DNA from: a virus
DNA length: 64,000 nt
Strand: one strand, 5' to 3'
Virus record (IMG/VR): IMGVR_UViG_3300031132_000002
Within the stretch, counting starts at the first letter, position 1; each line of letters starts with the position of its first letter. Under the pieces are notes generated by a model. It did not search any database. It was not told where the DNA came from and saw only the letters and a program-made list of their open reading frames with translations. Below are positions 19,309-29,072 of the stretch, piece by piece. The position numbers and the translations under genes are program-made.

Positions 19309-20255
19309 TAAATCCCCTTAAAAATATCTCGACGAATATCATTCATCTGTTTAATCGTGTAATGCTTGCGAACGTGTTCCGCTAAGCCCTTTCCAACTTC
19401 CTCTGCAAAATCAGGTGAAGTATATAACAGAGAAGTCATATCTTCCCACTGCATTATATCTTTTGCATATAGCAGGTAATCAGACAACGTTTCGTCATCA
19501 TAGCAATCCACCTTGGAGCAGATAATAGGCAAACCCTTGGCACCAGCCTCAAGTATTTTCAGGTTGCTCTTAGACCTGTTGAAGTTTGAATCTTCTAAAG
19601 GAGCCAAGGATACAGCGTGACCGTCATAGGCTTGCATATAGCTGTCAAGAGAACGATGATGCTCATATTTAGCGTAAGGCAGAATGTTCTTAGATATATC
19701 CATCCACTCCTGCTTCGCCACAGGCTCTGAGGCGTCTGTCTTGTAGCCACAAACGGTAAGTCTGTCGCCCAGATCAGGGAGTTCCCTCAGATCATTCTTG
19801 TGCGTCTCACTACCCGCCCAAACAAAGTAGGACTTGGATTTTTTATCCTCGGATAGTGTAAACCCTTTCTCATCAAAAGGCAAGCCATTTGGAACAATAA
19901 ATACGTTCTTATTGTACTGAGACAATTCTTCTGCCAGACGACTAGTGGTTGTTAGCACAACATCACTATTCTGCAAACACCAGATCAGCTCTGCACGGAT
20001 GCCGGAGTTAAAGACAGGCCACAGTACGTGGTCAATAGGGAGGTCAAGGCTGTCATCAAGATCCATTACAATCTTGAAACCTGCTTCTCTCAGTTTAGTA
20101 ATGCCTTCTCTACCGTGTGTTGGTAGACCATTAAAGACATAGATATCCGATTTAGTGGTGAAGTTATCACCTGTAAGGTAGGGCAAATAGATACGATGGT
20201 AGTCGCATACACTGAGTTCAGCAGCGCCGCGATCATCAACTAAAATCTTAGGCAT
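19308..20255 (-). CDS. Glycosyltransferase, GT-B fold (GT4-like)
   Basis: CDYHRI..P, VMDLDD, WAGSETH..DL, LAPL..FNRSKSNLKILEAGAKGLPIICS. Confidence 0.85.
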   Translation of the reverse strand: MPKILVDDRGAAELSVCDYHRIYLPYLTGDNFTTKSDIYVFNGLPTHGREGITKLREAGFKIVMDLDDSLDLPIDHVLWPVFNSGIRAELIWCLQNSDVVLTTTSRLAEELSQYNKNVFIVPNGLPFDEKGFTLSEDKKSKSYFVWAGSETHKNDLRELPDLGDRLTVCGYKTDASEPVAKQEWMDISKNILPYAKYEHHRSLDSYMQAYDGHAVSLAPLEDSNFNRSKSNLKILEAGAKGLPIICSKVDCYDDETLSDYLLYAKDIMQWEDMTSLLYTSPDFAEEVGKGLAEHVRKHYTIKQMNDIRRDIFKGI

Positions 20256-20282
20256 TTTTCTCCTCTTAAAGGGCCGAAGCCC

Positions 20283-21293
20283 TTATTTTAAACTCTCATA
20301 TACCTGGCGTCTAAGTTCATTAGCATCATCCAGTGAGTAATGTAATCTAACGTGCTCTGCCAATGCAGCACCACGATCTTCGCAGTAGGAAGGATTATTA
20401 AGGTAACGATTCAACTCCTGTTCCCACTCCCAAGTTTTGCTTGCGTAATCAACGAAAGGTTCATCAATGGGATTGAAATATGGTAATACTCGGGAACAAA
20501 TAATTGGTAATCCTTTTGCACCTGCTTCTAAGATCTTTAAGTTAGATTTACAGCTATTAAACTTATTATCCATTAAAGGGGCAATAGCTAAGCGGTGTCC
20601 ATCATAAACCTGCATATAGTTTTTGATATCCGCTACAGCATTCACTAAGTTTACTCCTTCGAAAGAAGCCTTGATCTTTAGCCACTCTTTCGCTGAGGCT
20701 TCCTTGTGAGATCCTATTGCAACTCTATTAATGTCCTCATAGCCAGCTAACGTCAGGAGATTATTATCATCTAATGCCCAAGCTACAGCCTGTAGATCTC
20801 CTGCGTGAGAAGCTCCACCTGCCCAAACCACCGGAGTACTGGAGGTTTTGTTGAGGCTTAGAGTAAACTGACTCTTATCGAAAGGCAAGCTATTTCTAAT
20901 CACAACAATGTTCTTGTGATAGGGTCTCAACTTCGATGCTAAAACCTCTGTAGTGACCGTCACAACGTCTGCAAGTTTTAGGTATGCAATCGCCTGTCCT
21001 GCAAAGTCTGTTGCTGAGAATGCGTTGTACAGATAATGCGAAGGGTCTAACTCAAAGAAGTCATCCCAATCCACAACAATTTTAACTCCTTGAGCCTTCA
21101 TACGCTCCAAGAGATCCAAACCACCTGAGAAGATCCTATTGAACACCAGGATATCCGCTCTAGGACTGAACACAGCCCCGCTATCATATAGAGGCATTGT
21201 GACACGATGATAATCACAGCTACTGTTCGGTTTCAGATCTAAGAACAGATCAAATTCCTTGGGCTTCTGCGTATGACCAGTAAACTTTTCCAT
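20283..21293 (-). CDS. Glycosyltransferase, GT-B fold, paralog of 19308-20255
   Basis: CDYHRV..P, VVDWDD, WAGGASH..DL, FNSCKSNLKILEAGAKGLPIICS; start refined to MEKFTG after GGAGG. Confidence 0.85.
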   Translation of the reverse strand: MEKFTGHTQKPKEFDLFLDLKPNSSCDYHRVTMPLYDSGAVFSPRADILVFNRIFSGGLDLLERMKAQGVKIVVDWDDFFELDPSHYLYNAFSATDFAGQAIAYLKLADVVTVTTEVLASKLRPYHKNIVVIRNSLPFDKSQFTLSLNKTSSTPVVWAGGASHAGDLQAVAWALDDNNLLTLAGYEDINRVAIGSHKEASAKEWLKIKASFEGVNLVNAVADIKNYMQVYDGHRLAIAPLMDNKFNSCKSNLKILEAGAKGLPIICSRVLPYFNPIDEPFVDYASKTWEWEQELNRYLNNPSYCEDRGAALAEHVRLHYSLDDANELRRQVYESLK

Positions 21294-21930
21294 TTCTAAC
21301 GTCCTCCAGCGACTTATGATATTCATCTACATTCTGACCAACACCAAACTCCTTAGCCTCTTTTGTCATATTGATATAAGGCGTAGGATTATTACCAAAA
21401 ACATCGTCTGGATGAATGTAAGCCATAACACGAACTGGACAAGGGAATCCGTAGATACCTTGGTTAAGCAACCCTGCTTTCTGCAACTCTTGGATACGGT
21501 ATACATATTCAGTATCTTCGAAGCCGTAAGCATTTGTGAAGCGACGATAGAAGCCAGCCGTCTCTACGAGTTTACGTGAGTACAGTGCAAACTGGACGAG
21601 ACAACGTTCAAAGGCTAGAATTTCTCCACCATTACCGCCGACAATAGGATCTTTAAAATACTCTGGCATTCCGAAGAAGTCCCAGCCTTGCTCTGCCTGA
21701 GAGACAAAGTAATCCTGCCAACCATCCATCGCAGGATGAACATCGTCATCGAAGATAAACCAGTAATCGCAGCCTTCCTCGTAAAACTTATTCATCAGGA
21801 AGTTTCTGCCATAAGCAGCACCCTTCCGCTCTGTATCATTGAATACTTCGAACAGATCACCCTCGCGTAAACGATAATCTGGGAGTGGACGTTTGCCCAC
21901 TGTAATTACTCCAATACCAATCTTAGACAT
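21250..21930 (-). CDS. Glycosyltransferase, GT-A fold (GT2-like)
   Basis: GAAYGRN, FIFDDD (DxD), YGFEDTEY. Confidence 0.85.
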   Translation of the reverse strand: MSKIGIGVITVGKRPLPDYRLREGDLFEVFNDTERKGAAYGRNFLMNKFYEEGCDYWFIFDDDVHPAMDGWQDYFVSQAEQGWDFFGMPEYFKDPIVGGNGGEILAFERCLVQFALYSRKLVETAGFYRRFTNAYGFEDTEYVYRIQELQKAGLLNQGIYGFPCPVRVMAYIHPDDVFGNNPTPYINMTKEAKEFGVGQNVDEYHKSLEDVRNGKVYWSYAEAQGI

Positions 21931-22510
21931 TTGATTCTCCTGGTGTGTACACTTTGGAGAAGTCTTGGCAATGCATCAGATGGCTAATCGCACGTTGAGG
22001 ATCTTCTGCACCTAATCGATATAGGTGGAAAATATAAATACCTCGGGCAATGCCTAGACGCTTTCCTGCCTTCTTTAACTTCTCAGACAAAATAATATCA
22101 AACTGAATAGATTTCTCTTCAATAGGAAAATCTTTCCATAATGACTTTCTGAACAGCAGGAACATTCCAGCTAACACTTGGTCATCAGGGACTTCTTCAA
22201 TTTGAAGTTTGTGTTCTTCGTAGGCTTGAACCGCAAGATCCATATGAAAGAGAATATCTGGGTTCTCGCTACGTCTACGGTCGAATAGTTGATATGTACC
22301 GCCTAAGCGGTTTGTTGCACATCCGATAAGGTCAAACTCAGGATTTGATGCGACTAGTTGCTCAATCCAAGCTCCCTGTTGGGGATGAAGAAACATTGTA
22401 TCTGTGTCTCTTAAGCAGATCCAAGAGTCATCGGGAAGGCTACTGATTGTCTCGTTGATTGCTTTGCCGATATCCCCTGTATGATAAGGGGTGATGTGAT
22501 AGATGCTGAT
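21923..22510 (-). CDS. Glycosyltransferase, GT-A fold; probable non-canonical ATC start
   Basis: Frame stays open 38 codons upstream of the track ATG and encodes SIYHITPY..GKAINE..WICLRDTD (DxD); RBS AGGAGG precedes ATC at 22510; in-frame TAG lies just upstream. Confidence 0.7.
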   Translation of the reverse strand: MSIYHITPYHTGDIGKAINETISSLPDDSWICLRDTDTMFLHPQQGAWIEQLVASNPEFDLIGCATNRLGGTYQLFDRRRSENPDILFHMDLAVQAYEEHKLQIEEVPDDQVLAGMFLLFRKSLWKDFPIEEKSIQFDIILSEKLKKAGKRLGIARGIYIFHLYRLGAEDPQRAISHLMHCQDFSKVYTPGESNV

Positions 22511-22605
22511 AACGTCCTCCTACAAAAATGTGGAGAGGTTTTCTCTCCACTTCTTAATACTACCACCAAAAGTGTTTGATGGGAAATCGGTTTTACCTAT
22601 CAATC

Positions 22606-22779
22606 TTAAGAGCGGGACTTAATCTCCGATAATACATTGATAAGTAACATCCTTTCATCTTCGAGCGCTGCTCCTAGTTCACGAACGTTATCTGTTGCAA
22701 CGTCACGAAGTTTAATCAGCTTATCTGTACTGATAGTGCTGAGGTCATCCCAGCGGTCAACTACCTTACCATCCTTCAT
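22606..22779 (-). CDS. 57-aa hypothetical protein
   Basis: MKDGKVVDRWDDL...; overlaps the upstream gene's end; below the track cutoff. Confidence 0.55.
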   Translation of the reverse strand: MKDGKVVDRWDDLSTISTDKLIKLRDVATDNVRELGAALEDERMLLINVLSEIKSRS

Positions 22780-22984
22780 CTTCTACAGCCCCCGCTACTT
22801 TGATTGCACATTCTTTACACAAACCCTGAGAGCTATTCTTTTCAAAACTGATAAACGGATCATAAGGTTGTTTCCGGCTATCGTGAATAGTGTCTTTCAG
22901 GCAGTTTGCGCACAGGTATTTTTTAACTGTGAACTTTTCAATCTTCTTTTTACGATTGAAGTCTACCTTAATTACGTCACCCAT
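22766..22984 (-). CDS. Zn-finger protein
   Basis: CANC...CKEC; start refined to MGDVIKVDF after GGAGG. Confidence 0.7.
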   Translation of the reverse strand: MGDVIKVDFNRKKKIEKFTVKKYLCANCLKDTIHDSRKQPYDPFISFEKNSSQGLCKECAIKVAGAVEDEGW

Positions 22985-23271
22985 TAATGTACCTCCCGAT
23001 AAATAGCTGGTTGTGCGGCTGTGATGCCGGTATGCATTGCCTCTTTGTTCTCTGTGTAGAGTAACCAATACTCACGACAGACGACTAAAGACAACATCAG
23101 ATATTCTTCGTGGTCAATATATTCAATCTTCCACAGAATGTCTTCATCTTCCAGCTTTACACCGAAAACAGGAAGCATACGCTCCAGGTTACAACGAGAT
23201 TGGAACACTTCTTCTTCTGTCATCCCATTAATCAGCACGTTTGCCACTACAGTAGTATTATCGCGTTCCAT
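22984..23271 (-). CDS. Hypothetical protein
   Basis: Start refined to MERDNTT after AGGAG. Confidence 0.65.
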   Translation of the reverse strand: MERDNTTVVANVLINGMTEEEVFQSRCNLERMLPVFGVKLEDEDILWKIEYIDHEEYLMLSLVVCREYWLLYTENKEAMHTGITAAQPAIYREVH

Positions 23272-23281
23272 TTTATATCTC

Positions 23282-23761
23282 CTATTTGTAAAATTGATGT
23301 TCTTTGTATCTGTAGACCAACACCATATCACGTTGCCAAGCTGTTCTTACAGTTCTTTTCTTAAAGTGTGTAGCGCCTTTCGTAGGATCTGCTGCCTTTC
23401 TGACCTCGGGAAAGTTTGCATCTAAGTATAACAGCTTCTTTGCTATCACCTTAGCATCTTCCCAACTCTTTTTGTCGTAGGCTCGGAAAGAACCTGCTCC
23501 AGTATACGAGAATTGTCCTCTTTGGTACAGCACTCCTTTCACACTACTAGGGTATCCAGAATCATCGGTGCGATTGATAACCACATTACCAACAGCAACC
23601 ATTCCTTTCTTACCCTGACCTCGACTCTCAGCATACATTGCACAGGCTAATAAGTCAACCTTCGCATCATTCCTTGTACACTTATGCGAGACTGAGGTTT
23701 TTGCATCAACACTTGGAGATACTACAGCAAGAGTTAACGCAAGTAAAGGTGCAACTAACAT
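23282..23761 (-). CDS. Cell wall hydrolase (SleB/Hydrolase_2) with signal peptide
   Basis: LACAMYAESRGQ, VGNVVINR, VLYQRGQFS, DPTKGATHF; start refined to MLVAPLL. Confidence 0.9.
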   Translation of the reverse strand: MLVAPLLALTLAVVSPSVDAKTSVSHKCTRNDAKVDLLACAMYAESRGQGKKGMVAVGNVVINRTDDSGYPSSVKGVLYQRGQFSYTGAGSFRAYDKKSWEDAKVIAKKLLYLDANFPEVRKAADPTKGATHFKKRTVRTAWQRDMVLVYRYKEHQFYK

Positions 23762-23874
23762 CTTTTTCTCTCCTTTCAGGGGGTTAAGTAGCAAACTTGC
23801 CTCCTCTATTTCGAGAGTGTACTTTAACACTAACGACTACATAAAGAAAGAGGGCCGAAGCCCTCTCTTAAATC

Positions 23875-24474
23875 TTACTCAAACCACTCTGGGTCAGCAC
23901 CGAAGGCTGTGAATGCATCTAGAATGCTACCGCTCTTACCTGCGCCAACACCTACGATATCCCAGCCACCTGCATCAGAACGTTTCAGAGAGGCTACGTG
24001 GATGATGCTACGACCAGCGTGTTCTTTCTCCAAGAAGTTGAAGTCCAGTACAGTTTCGTTGGTCTCCATATTAACCAGTTCCAGCAGACCTGATGTTGCA
24101 TTACCGAAGGTCAGGCTGTCTGAGTCATCGTCGATGGTCAGAACAAATGGGATCTCAGTGACGTCTTCTGGCAGAGTTTCCAGGTTAATATCGATGGTTT
24201 CAAAGTCGCCAGTACCATCACGAACGTCACCACCGTAGAATACAGAGCGGCTCGGGTCAAAGCCATTCGTAGGGGCATAGAACACGATGTGACGAACATC
24301 AATAACTTCTGGATAACCTTTAGCGTCATTACGACACAGCAGCGCTGAGCAGTCCAGATCCAGTTTAACATCAGAAGTCCAGTTAAAGCGCATCAGAATC
24401 TTTTTCAGCAGCGGAGCAACTTTACGCAGTGATACTTTCTCAGAGTTACCTTTTTTCAGTGATACCTTAGCCAT
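23875..24474 (-). CDS. terD: TerD/TerZ family protein
   Basis: VSLKKG, DLDCSA, IVFY, GDVRDG.GDFETIDINLETLP, GWDIVGVG. Confidence 0.9.
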   Translation of the reverse strand: MAKVSLKKGNSEKVSLRKVAPLLKKILMRFNWTSDVKLDLDCSALLCRNDAKGYPEVIDVRHIVFYAPTNGFDPSRSVFYGGDVRDGTGDFETIDINLETLPEDVTEIPFVLTIDDDSDSLTFGNATSGLLELVNMETNETVLDFNFLEKEHAGRSIIHVASLKRSDAGGWDIVGVGAGKSGSILDAFTAFGADPEWFE

Positions 24475-24504
24475 TATATTCTCCTTTCTCTTATTCAGTT
24501 AAAA

Positions 24505-25287
24505 TTATTTAGATACAGACTGTACGTTGTGTGCATCGCACCACGACTTGAACTTACCTTTAAGGAGTTCATCATACAGCTTTTCATCCGACATATCAAG
24601 ACTTTCTACAGGAATAAAGTCAACATTCGGGAAATCATTTGCCAGACCTCGCAGGCTACGGAAGCTACTATCACCAACGCCAACCATAAACCAGAACACC
24701 GGAGTGTTAATGTGACGTGACAGCAGGCTACGAACATAACCATCGTCTGAGTTTTCACCGTCAGTCTGGAACAGTACCATTGCTGGCATCATATTCTCAG
24801 GATCTTCATACGTAGTATGAGTTGTGGAAACTGTCACAGTTTCTTTCTTACCCAGCAGTTTACCAAAGAAACCACCTTTTGCACGTTCTTCTTGAGTGTG
24901 GACAACATTATCACGGCGGGTTTTGCCGAAGTAGCTGTTATAAATATCATCCATCACCGGAGCATATGCAGTACCACCAGAGATGCTAATACCGCGCATA
25001 CAGTTACCAACGTAGTCGTCGTATACCGCAGCAGTCGCAGAAGGCAGTTCACGGAAGCCGTGGTCAAATGCCCACATATCGATCTCTTCGTTATCGTCAA
25101 ACTGAATACCAAATGGCAGCAGTTTACCAACAAACTCGCTCATTACACCATTACGGTAGTAACTGTTCATACTACCTGAGATATCCAGTGCAGCAGCAAC
25201 GCGGAGCATCAGACGATCACCCAGGCCAGCTTTTTTCAGGGAAACTTTCAGAGTTTCACTACGTTTCTTAAGGGATACTTTAGACAT
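24505..25287 (-). CDS. vWA-domain protein (Ter-associated, vWA-TerF-like)
   Basis: MIDAS LDISGSM, FDDNEEIDMWAF, GGTAYAP, FQTDGE. Confidence 0.9.
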   Translation of the reverse strand: MSKVSLKKRSETLKVSLKKAGLGDRLMLRVAAALDISGSMNSYYRNGVMSEFVGKLLPFGIQFDDNEEIDMWAFDHGFRELPSATAAVYDDYVGNCMRGISISGGTAYAPVMDDIYNSYFGKTRRDNVVHTQEERAKGGFFGKLLGKKETVTVSTTHTTYEDPENMMPAMVLFQTDGENSDDGYVRSLLSRHINTPVFWFMVGVGDSSFRSLRGLANDFPNVDFIPVESLDMSDEKLYDELLKGKFKSWCDAHNVQSVSK

Positions 25288-25367
25288 TTTCTACCTCCAA
25301 TGTTAGTTTATTTTCTAGTAGGTATTCTAGCAAACTTATCGCTGAATTCCAAGCTGTTTTACAATAT

Positions 25368-25568
25368 TTATTTTCCATACTTTAGCGCATTTACTTTCAA
25401 TTGTACTGCGTCTTGTATCTGTTCCTTCATCTTCAAACCCTTTTCAGCGCATAGAGATTTAAATTCTCGATAAAGATCAATGTCAATTTCTGCACTAATT
25501 TTGAACAAATCCTTTTCAGCTAAACCTTTAGCTGTAATTGGATGAGTACTGTCTTTCTTCTGTGTCAC
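25368..25568 (-). CDS. Ribbon-helix-helix-like DNA-binding protein
   Basis: KISAEIDIDLYREFKSLCAEKGLKMKE pattern. Confidence 0.65.
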   Translation of the reverse strand: MTQKKDSTHPITAKGLAEKDLFKISAEIDIDLYREFKSLCAEKGLKMKEQIQDAVQLKVNALKYGK

Positions 25569-26251
25569 TAGTCTACCTCCAGTAGTTTCGTATCTAATTT
25601 CAAACCTAAGTGCTCAGCACCAAGTCGTTTTGCCATTGTACTGAGCGTAGATTCTACCTCAATACGAGCATTGCTTACAAGCGATTCCATACTCTCTTCA
25701 AAGCAACCTACCGCAAAAGTGGTATCTGATCTGAATCGACCTAGTGATTGTTGCATAAGAGATCGCAGTTCGTCAAGATCTTTTTTGCCAGCTTTTCCTT
25801 TAAGGATCAACTCTTCAATCTGAGCCAATACTTTCTCCCCACGCTCCAGAGTTTCAGCAAGTTTGCGATCATATTCACGCTTAGCTTTGTTTTTAGCTGT
25901 ATCTTGCTTACCAATACCAGGCAAGACCGTAAGATCTCCGTCACGGAAGTATTTGAAGGTCACAGGAGTAGGACTTCCCATACTGCTGCTAACCAAACTA
26001 GCCCACTGAGCGTGAGTTAGTTCCACTTCTAAGATGCGACCGCGTTCGTGATACCAACTGCTACTAAGGTTACGATCTTCTTCTGCTAAACAGAAGGTTA
26101 GGCAGACACGTTCATTATGAACCAGATCACTACCAAACATCTTCAAATTACCACCAGAAGGATGTGTTACCCGCACCAGCCCGTAGGCTGGATGCGTGAT
26201 TGTATAGTTTTCTGCTGTCCCTGTAATTACCGGATCAACATCATTCCGCAT
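25568..26251 (-). CDS. Hypothetical phage protein
   Basis: HPAYG...FGSDLVH...QWASLVSS; helical C-terminus. Confidence 0.75.
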   Translation of the reverse strand: MRNDVDPVITGTAENYTITHPAYGLVRVTHPSGGNLKMFGSDLVHNERVCLTFCLAEEDRNLSSSWYHERGRILEVELTHAQWASLVSSSMGSPTPVTFKYFRDGDLTVLPGIGKQDTAKNKAKREYDRKLAETLERGEKVLAQIEELILKGKAGKKDLDELRSLMQQSLGRFRSDTTFAVGCFEESMESLVSNARIEVESTLSTMAKRLGAEHLGLKLDTKLLEVD

Positions 26252-26504
26252 CTTTCACCTCGTAATCTAAGTGAAGAATCAGTTCGCCCTTAGGCAGAAT
26301 GCCAGCCGGAGTACCAGCTAATTGCTCACGACATTCCAACAAGGTTTCCACAATGTTAACCTGCATCCCAGGATTATCTAGAGGCAATGTAGAGATGGCC
26401 TTTAGCACCATAACACCTACAGGATAAACGCTCTCTTTCTCTACTGAGTATTCAATCTGAAACAGTTCTGTTTCGGGGATAGAGAAGATCTTGATGTATT
26501 CCAT
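26241..26504 (-). CDS. Hypothetical protein
   Basis: Coupled to neighbours. Confidence 0.65.
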   Translation of the reverse strand: MEYIKIFSIPETELFQIEYSVEKESVYPVGVMVLKAISTLPLDNPGMQVNIVETLLECREQLAGTPAGILPKGELILHLDYEVKDAE

Positions 26505-26505
26505 A

Positions 26506-27618
26506 TTAAGCTCCTTTGTTTACAATACCAGTACGGATTGTCTGAACAATACCATCTTCAAGTTCGCCTACACGGGTAATGTATTCGATACGTTCTTGAC
26601 GAGCATTGTTATTAATTTCATTAATCGCTTCCAGATCTTTAAGCAGTGTTGCCTGCTCACGTTCCAGAGTTTCGATGCTCAACACCTGACGGTTAGCCAG
26701 ACGTGCTGCTTCTACGCGGTTTGCAGAAGCTAGTTCACCACCCAATGCGATAGCATTGTTGAACTCATCAATCGTGTTGTTAAGCGCTTCTGCTGCTTTT
26801 TTCTGACGCATACTGTGAACATATGCAGAGAATGCTGCGGTATATGCTGGAATAACGTTTGTCAGTACGTTATTACTTGCACGGATAAGCTGACGACCAA
26901 CTTCCTCCATACCTTTAACACGTTGACCAAACTGAATCATCAACAGACGAAGTGCTGCGAGGTCATTGATTCGAGTTTCAATCAGATCCATTGTAGCACG
27001 TTTATCTGAACGAGCCTCAACTTCTTCCTCAGGAATACCATCAAAGGTCTCCTGCTCACGAGCAAGATTTGCAGAGAGAAGTTCAATATCACGATTCAAA
27101 GCCAGTGCATAGTGTCCTGCCTGCTCACGCAGATTACGCAGTTGATGCTGACCGTCTTTCTCGCGTTTCAGATCTTCATTAAGCTCATTCACCAGAACGT
27201 TGATACGACCATCGATTGTATCAAACTGCTCAAAGATATCTTCTTTGATACCGAGAACACGCTTCCACAGTTTCTTGAGTCCAGTAGAATTCTTCATACT
27301 GTTTGGATCAAGTTGTTTAGTCTCTTTCACCAAGGCATTCAGGCGATTAGAGAGTTCATCACCGTTATTCGCACGTTGATGTTTTAATACCTGGGATGCT
27401 ACGGTTTTAATCTGCTGACCTGCGGCTGCACCAGTAGACTGAATATCATCCTCAGACATTACAGCCGGAAGCGTAGTTTGCTTAGCCGTCACTGCTGGAG
27501 CAAATACCGGACTTTCTGCTAAAGGGTTATTCAGTGCTGACTTAACTTCCTTCTCTACTGTTGCCATTGGGCTACGAGAGCGCGAAGCGGTTGATGCTTT
27601 CAGGAACGGACTAGTCAT
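26506..27618 (-). CDS. TelA/KlaA toxic-anion-resistance family protein
   Basis: Long helical protein with ELSNRLNALVKETKQLDP, IETRINDL, VLTNVIP, VLSIETL pattern; Ter context. Confidence 0.75.
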   Translation of the reverse strand: MTSPFLKASTASRSRSPMATVEKEVKSALNNPLAESPVFAPAVTAKQTTLPAVMSEDDIQSTGAAAGQQIKTVASQVLKHQRANNGDELSNRLNALVKETKQLDPNSMKNSTGLKKLWKRVLGIKEDIFEQFDTIDGRINVLVNELNEDLKREKDGQHQLRNLREQAGHYALALNRDIELLSANLAREQETFDGIPEEEVEARSDKRATMDLIETRINDLAALRLLMIQFGQRVKGMEEVGRQLIRASNNVLTNVIPAYTAAFSAYVHSMRQKKAAEALNNTIDEFNNAIALGGELASANRVEAARLANRQVLSIETLEREQATLLKDLEAINEINNNARQERIEYITRVGELEDGIVQTIRTGIVNKGA

Positions 27619-27628
27619 TATGTTCTCC

Positions 27629-28213
27629 TTAATTAAAGATGTATTCGGCAGTTAAGATATCACGAGAATGCCCGTGTGTAAACTCTTTTGCTGTCTCTTC
27701 GTCGAAATAAATCACAGACGAGTAACCTGTTTTAGCATCGGATACAACAATAGCAGAAAGGCTGGAACGTTCGATGCGAACATTCTTCTGCACAACAACA
27801 TCATCGACACCGATCTGACCTTTAGCTTCCAAGGCAATAAGAACTGAGTCTTGGGTGATATGCATAGCTATAGGGTTCTTGATCACATACTTTTCACCAA
27901 GAACATAGCGAATCTCCAGCTTAGAAACAGCTTTAGGTGTTTTCTTAGCTCCCTTTTTACGTGCAGTTTTAACCTTTTTAGGTTTATCTTCTACGAAGTA
28001 TCGCTCGGCAATAGTAATACCACCGAAAGGCCAGCGCCCAGGGATCTCCCGCTGAGTACTTTCACCACCTTCATAACCAGCGATGTATTGGTATTTTTCT
28101 CCATTGCTCCATACTCGCAGTGAACTTAACATCCGATCACTTTCCAGCACTTTTGTTGCCCACTTTGGAGCGCCTTTAAACAGTTCTGGCTTTCCTGTAA
28201 TAATAGATCCCAT
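27629..28213 (-). CDS. Hypothetical protein: basic linker plus shared C-terminal domain family
   Basis: FKGAPKWATK N-domain; KKVKTARKK linker; IRYVLGEKYVIKN. Confidence 0.7.
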   Translation of the reverse strand: MGSIITGKPELFKGAPKWATKVLESDRMLSSLRVWSNGEKYQYIAGYEGGESTQREIPGRWPFGGITIAERYFVEDKPKKVKTARKKGAKKTPKAVSKLEIRYVLGEKYVIKNPIAMHITQDSVLIALEAKGQIGVDDVVVQKNVRIERSSLSAIVVSDAKTGYSSVIYFDEETAKEFTHGHSRDILTAEYIFN

Positions 28214-28214
28214 A

Positions 28215-28793
28215 TTAATTCTCCTCTCTATAAGGTGATTGACCGAGTATTTGACAGATTGTAACCCATTTTTCCCAAGTATACAACCAAACTTTACCCA
28301 TACTCTCTTCTTTCTTTCCCTTCATAAACGTATCAGCCATAACTGAGTTGGGTTTATAATGAGCAGGCTTTCGATGATAGCCCTTAAGCATTTTAACGCT
28401 ACGATCACTCTCTCGATAAGCACATACAAATTTGTATTGAACCTTCACCGCACGTTTAGAAGCAGATTTAGCAATGGCTCCTAATTGTTCTGCGATTGCT
28501 TTCCATTGAGGGCCGTGGTCAGATACGCCACGTTGACAGAAATCAATAGCGTGGGCTATTTCGTGCCACATAGTATCAAGGATAGCTTCGTCTTGGCTAT
28601 TCTTATGCAGAAACTTGTTGATTGCAACAATCCGCTCTTTGTGATTGCACCATCCAAAACTATTGTTTCTTCTTTCACGAACACAAGCCTTGTATCCGTG
28701 ACGCTTAAGTAGTGAGTGATACTCGGGGAAGTTATCCTTTAACTCAGTCATAACTCCTGCCCATAACATCATTATTTCTTGAATAGATTTCAT
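28215..28793 (-). CDS. SprT-like zinc metalloprotease
   Basis: FGWC, DTMWHEIAHA, HGPQWKAIA; start refined to MKSIQ. Confidence 0.85.
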   Translation of the reverse strand: MKSIQEIMMLWAGVMTELKDNFPEYHSLLKRHGYKACVRERRNNSFGWCNHKERIVAINKFLHKNSQDEAILDTMWHEIAHAIDFCQRGVSDHGPQWKAIAEQLGAIAKSASKRAVKVQYKFVCAYRESDRSVKMLKGYHRKPAHYKPNSVMADTFMKGKKEESMGKVWLYTWEKWVTICQILGQSPYREEN

Positions 28794-28847
28794 ACTTCCT
28801 CCGGTTTCTCTTAACAAGAGAGATCTTATGACCTCTCTGAGTAAAAG

Positions 28848-29060
28848 TCAACCTACTTCGTGAATGATTGCCAAACCGATATCTTGAGTAGTCTTATGAC
28901 ATACTTGCGTCCTTGAAGTGGATACACCCTTAAAAATGTACGCTTCATTTTTAGTCCCTTTATCTTCGATATCTACCAACTCGAAAATATTTGCATTTTC
29001 TAGTAGAGCTATATCGTCAAAGATAGCCCCCATTATCTGATATTTCTTTCCTACTTTCAC
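28848..29060 (-). CDS. Hypothetical protein
   Basis: RBS AGGAG, GTG start. Confidence 0.6.
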   Translation of the reverse strand: MKVGKKYQIMGAIFDDIALLENANIFELVDIEDKGTKNEAYIFKGVSTSRTQVCHKTTQDIGLAIIHEVG

Positions 29061-29072
29061 CTTTATCTCCTA

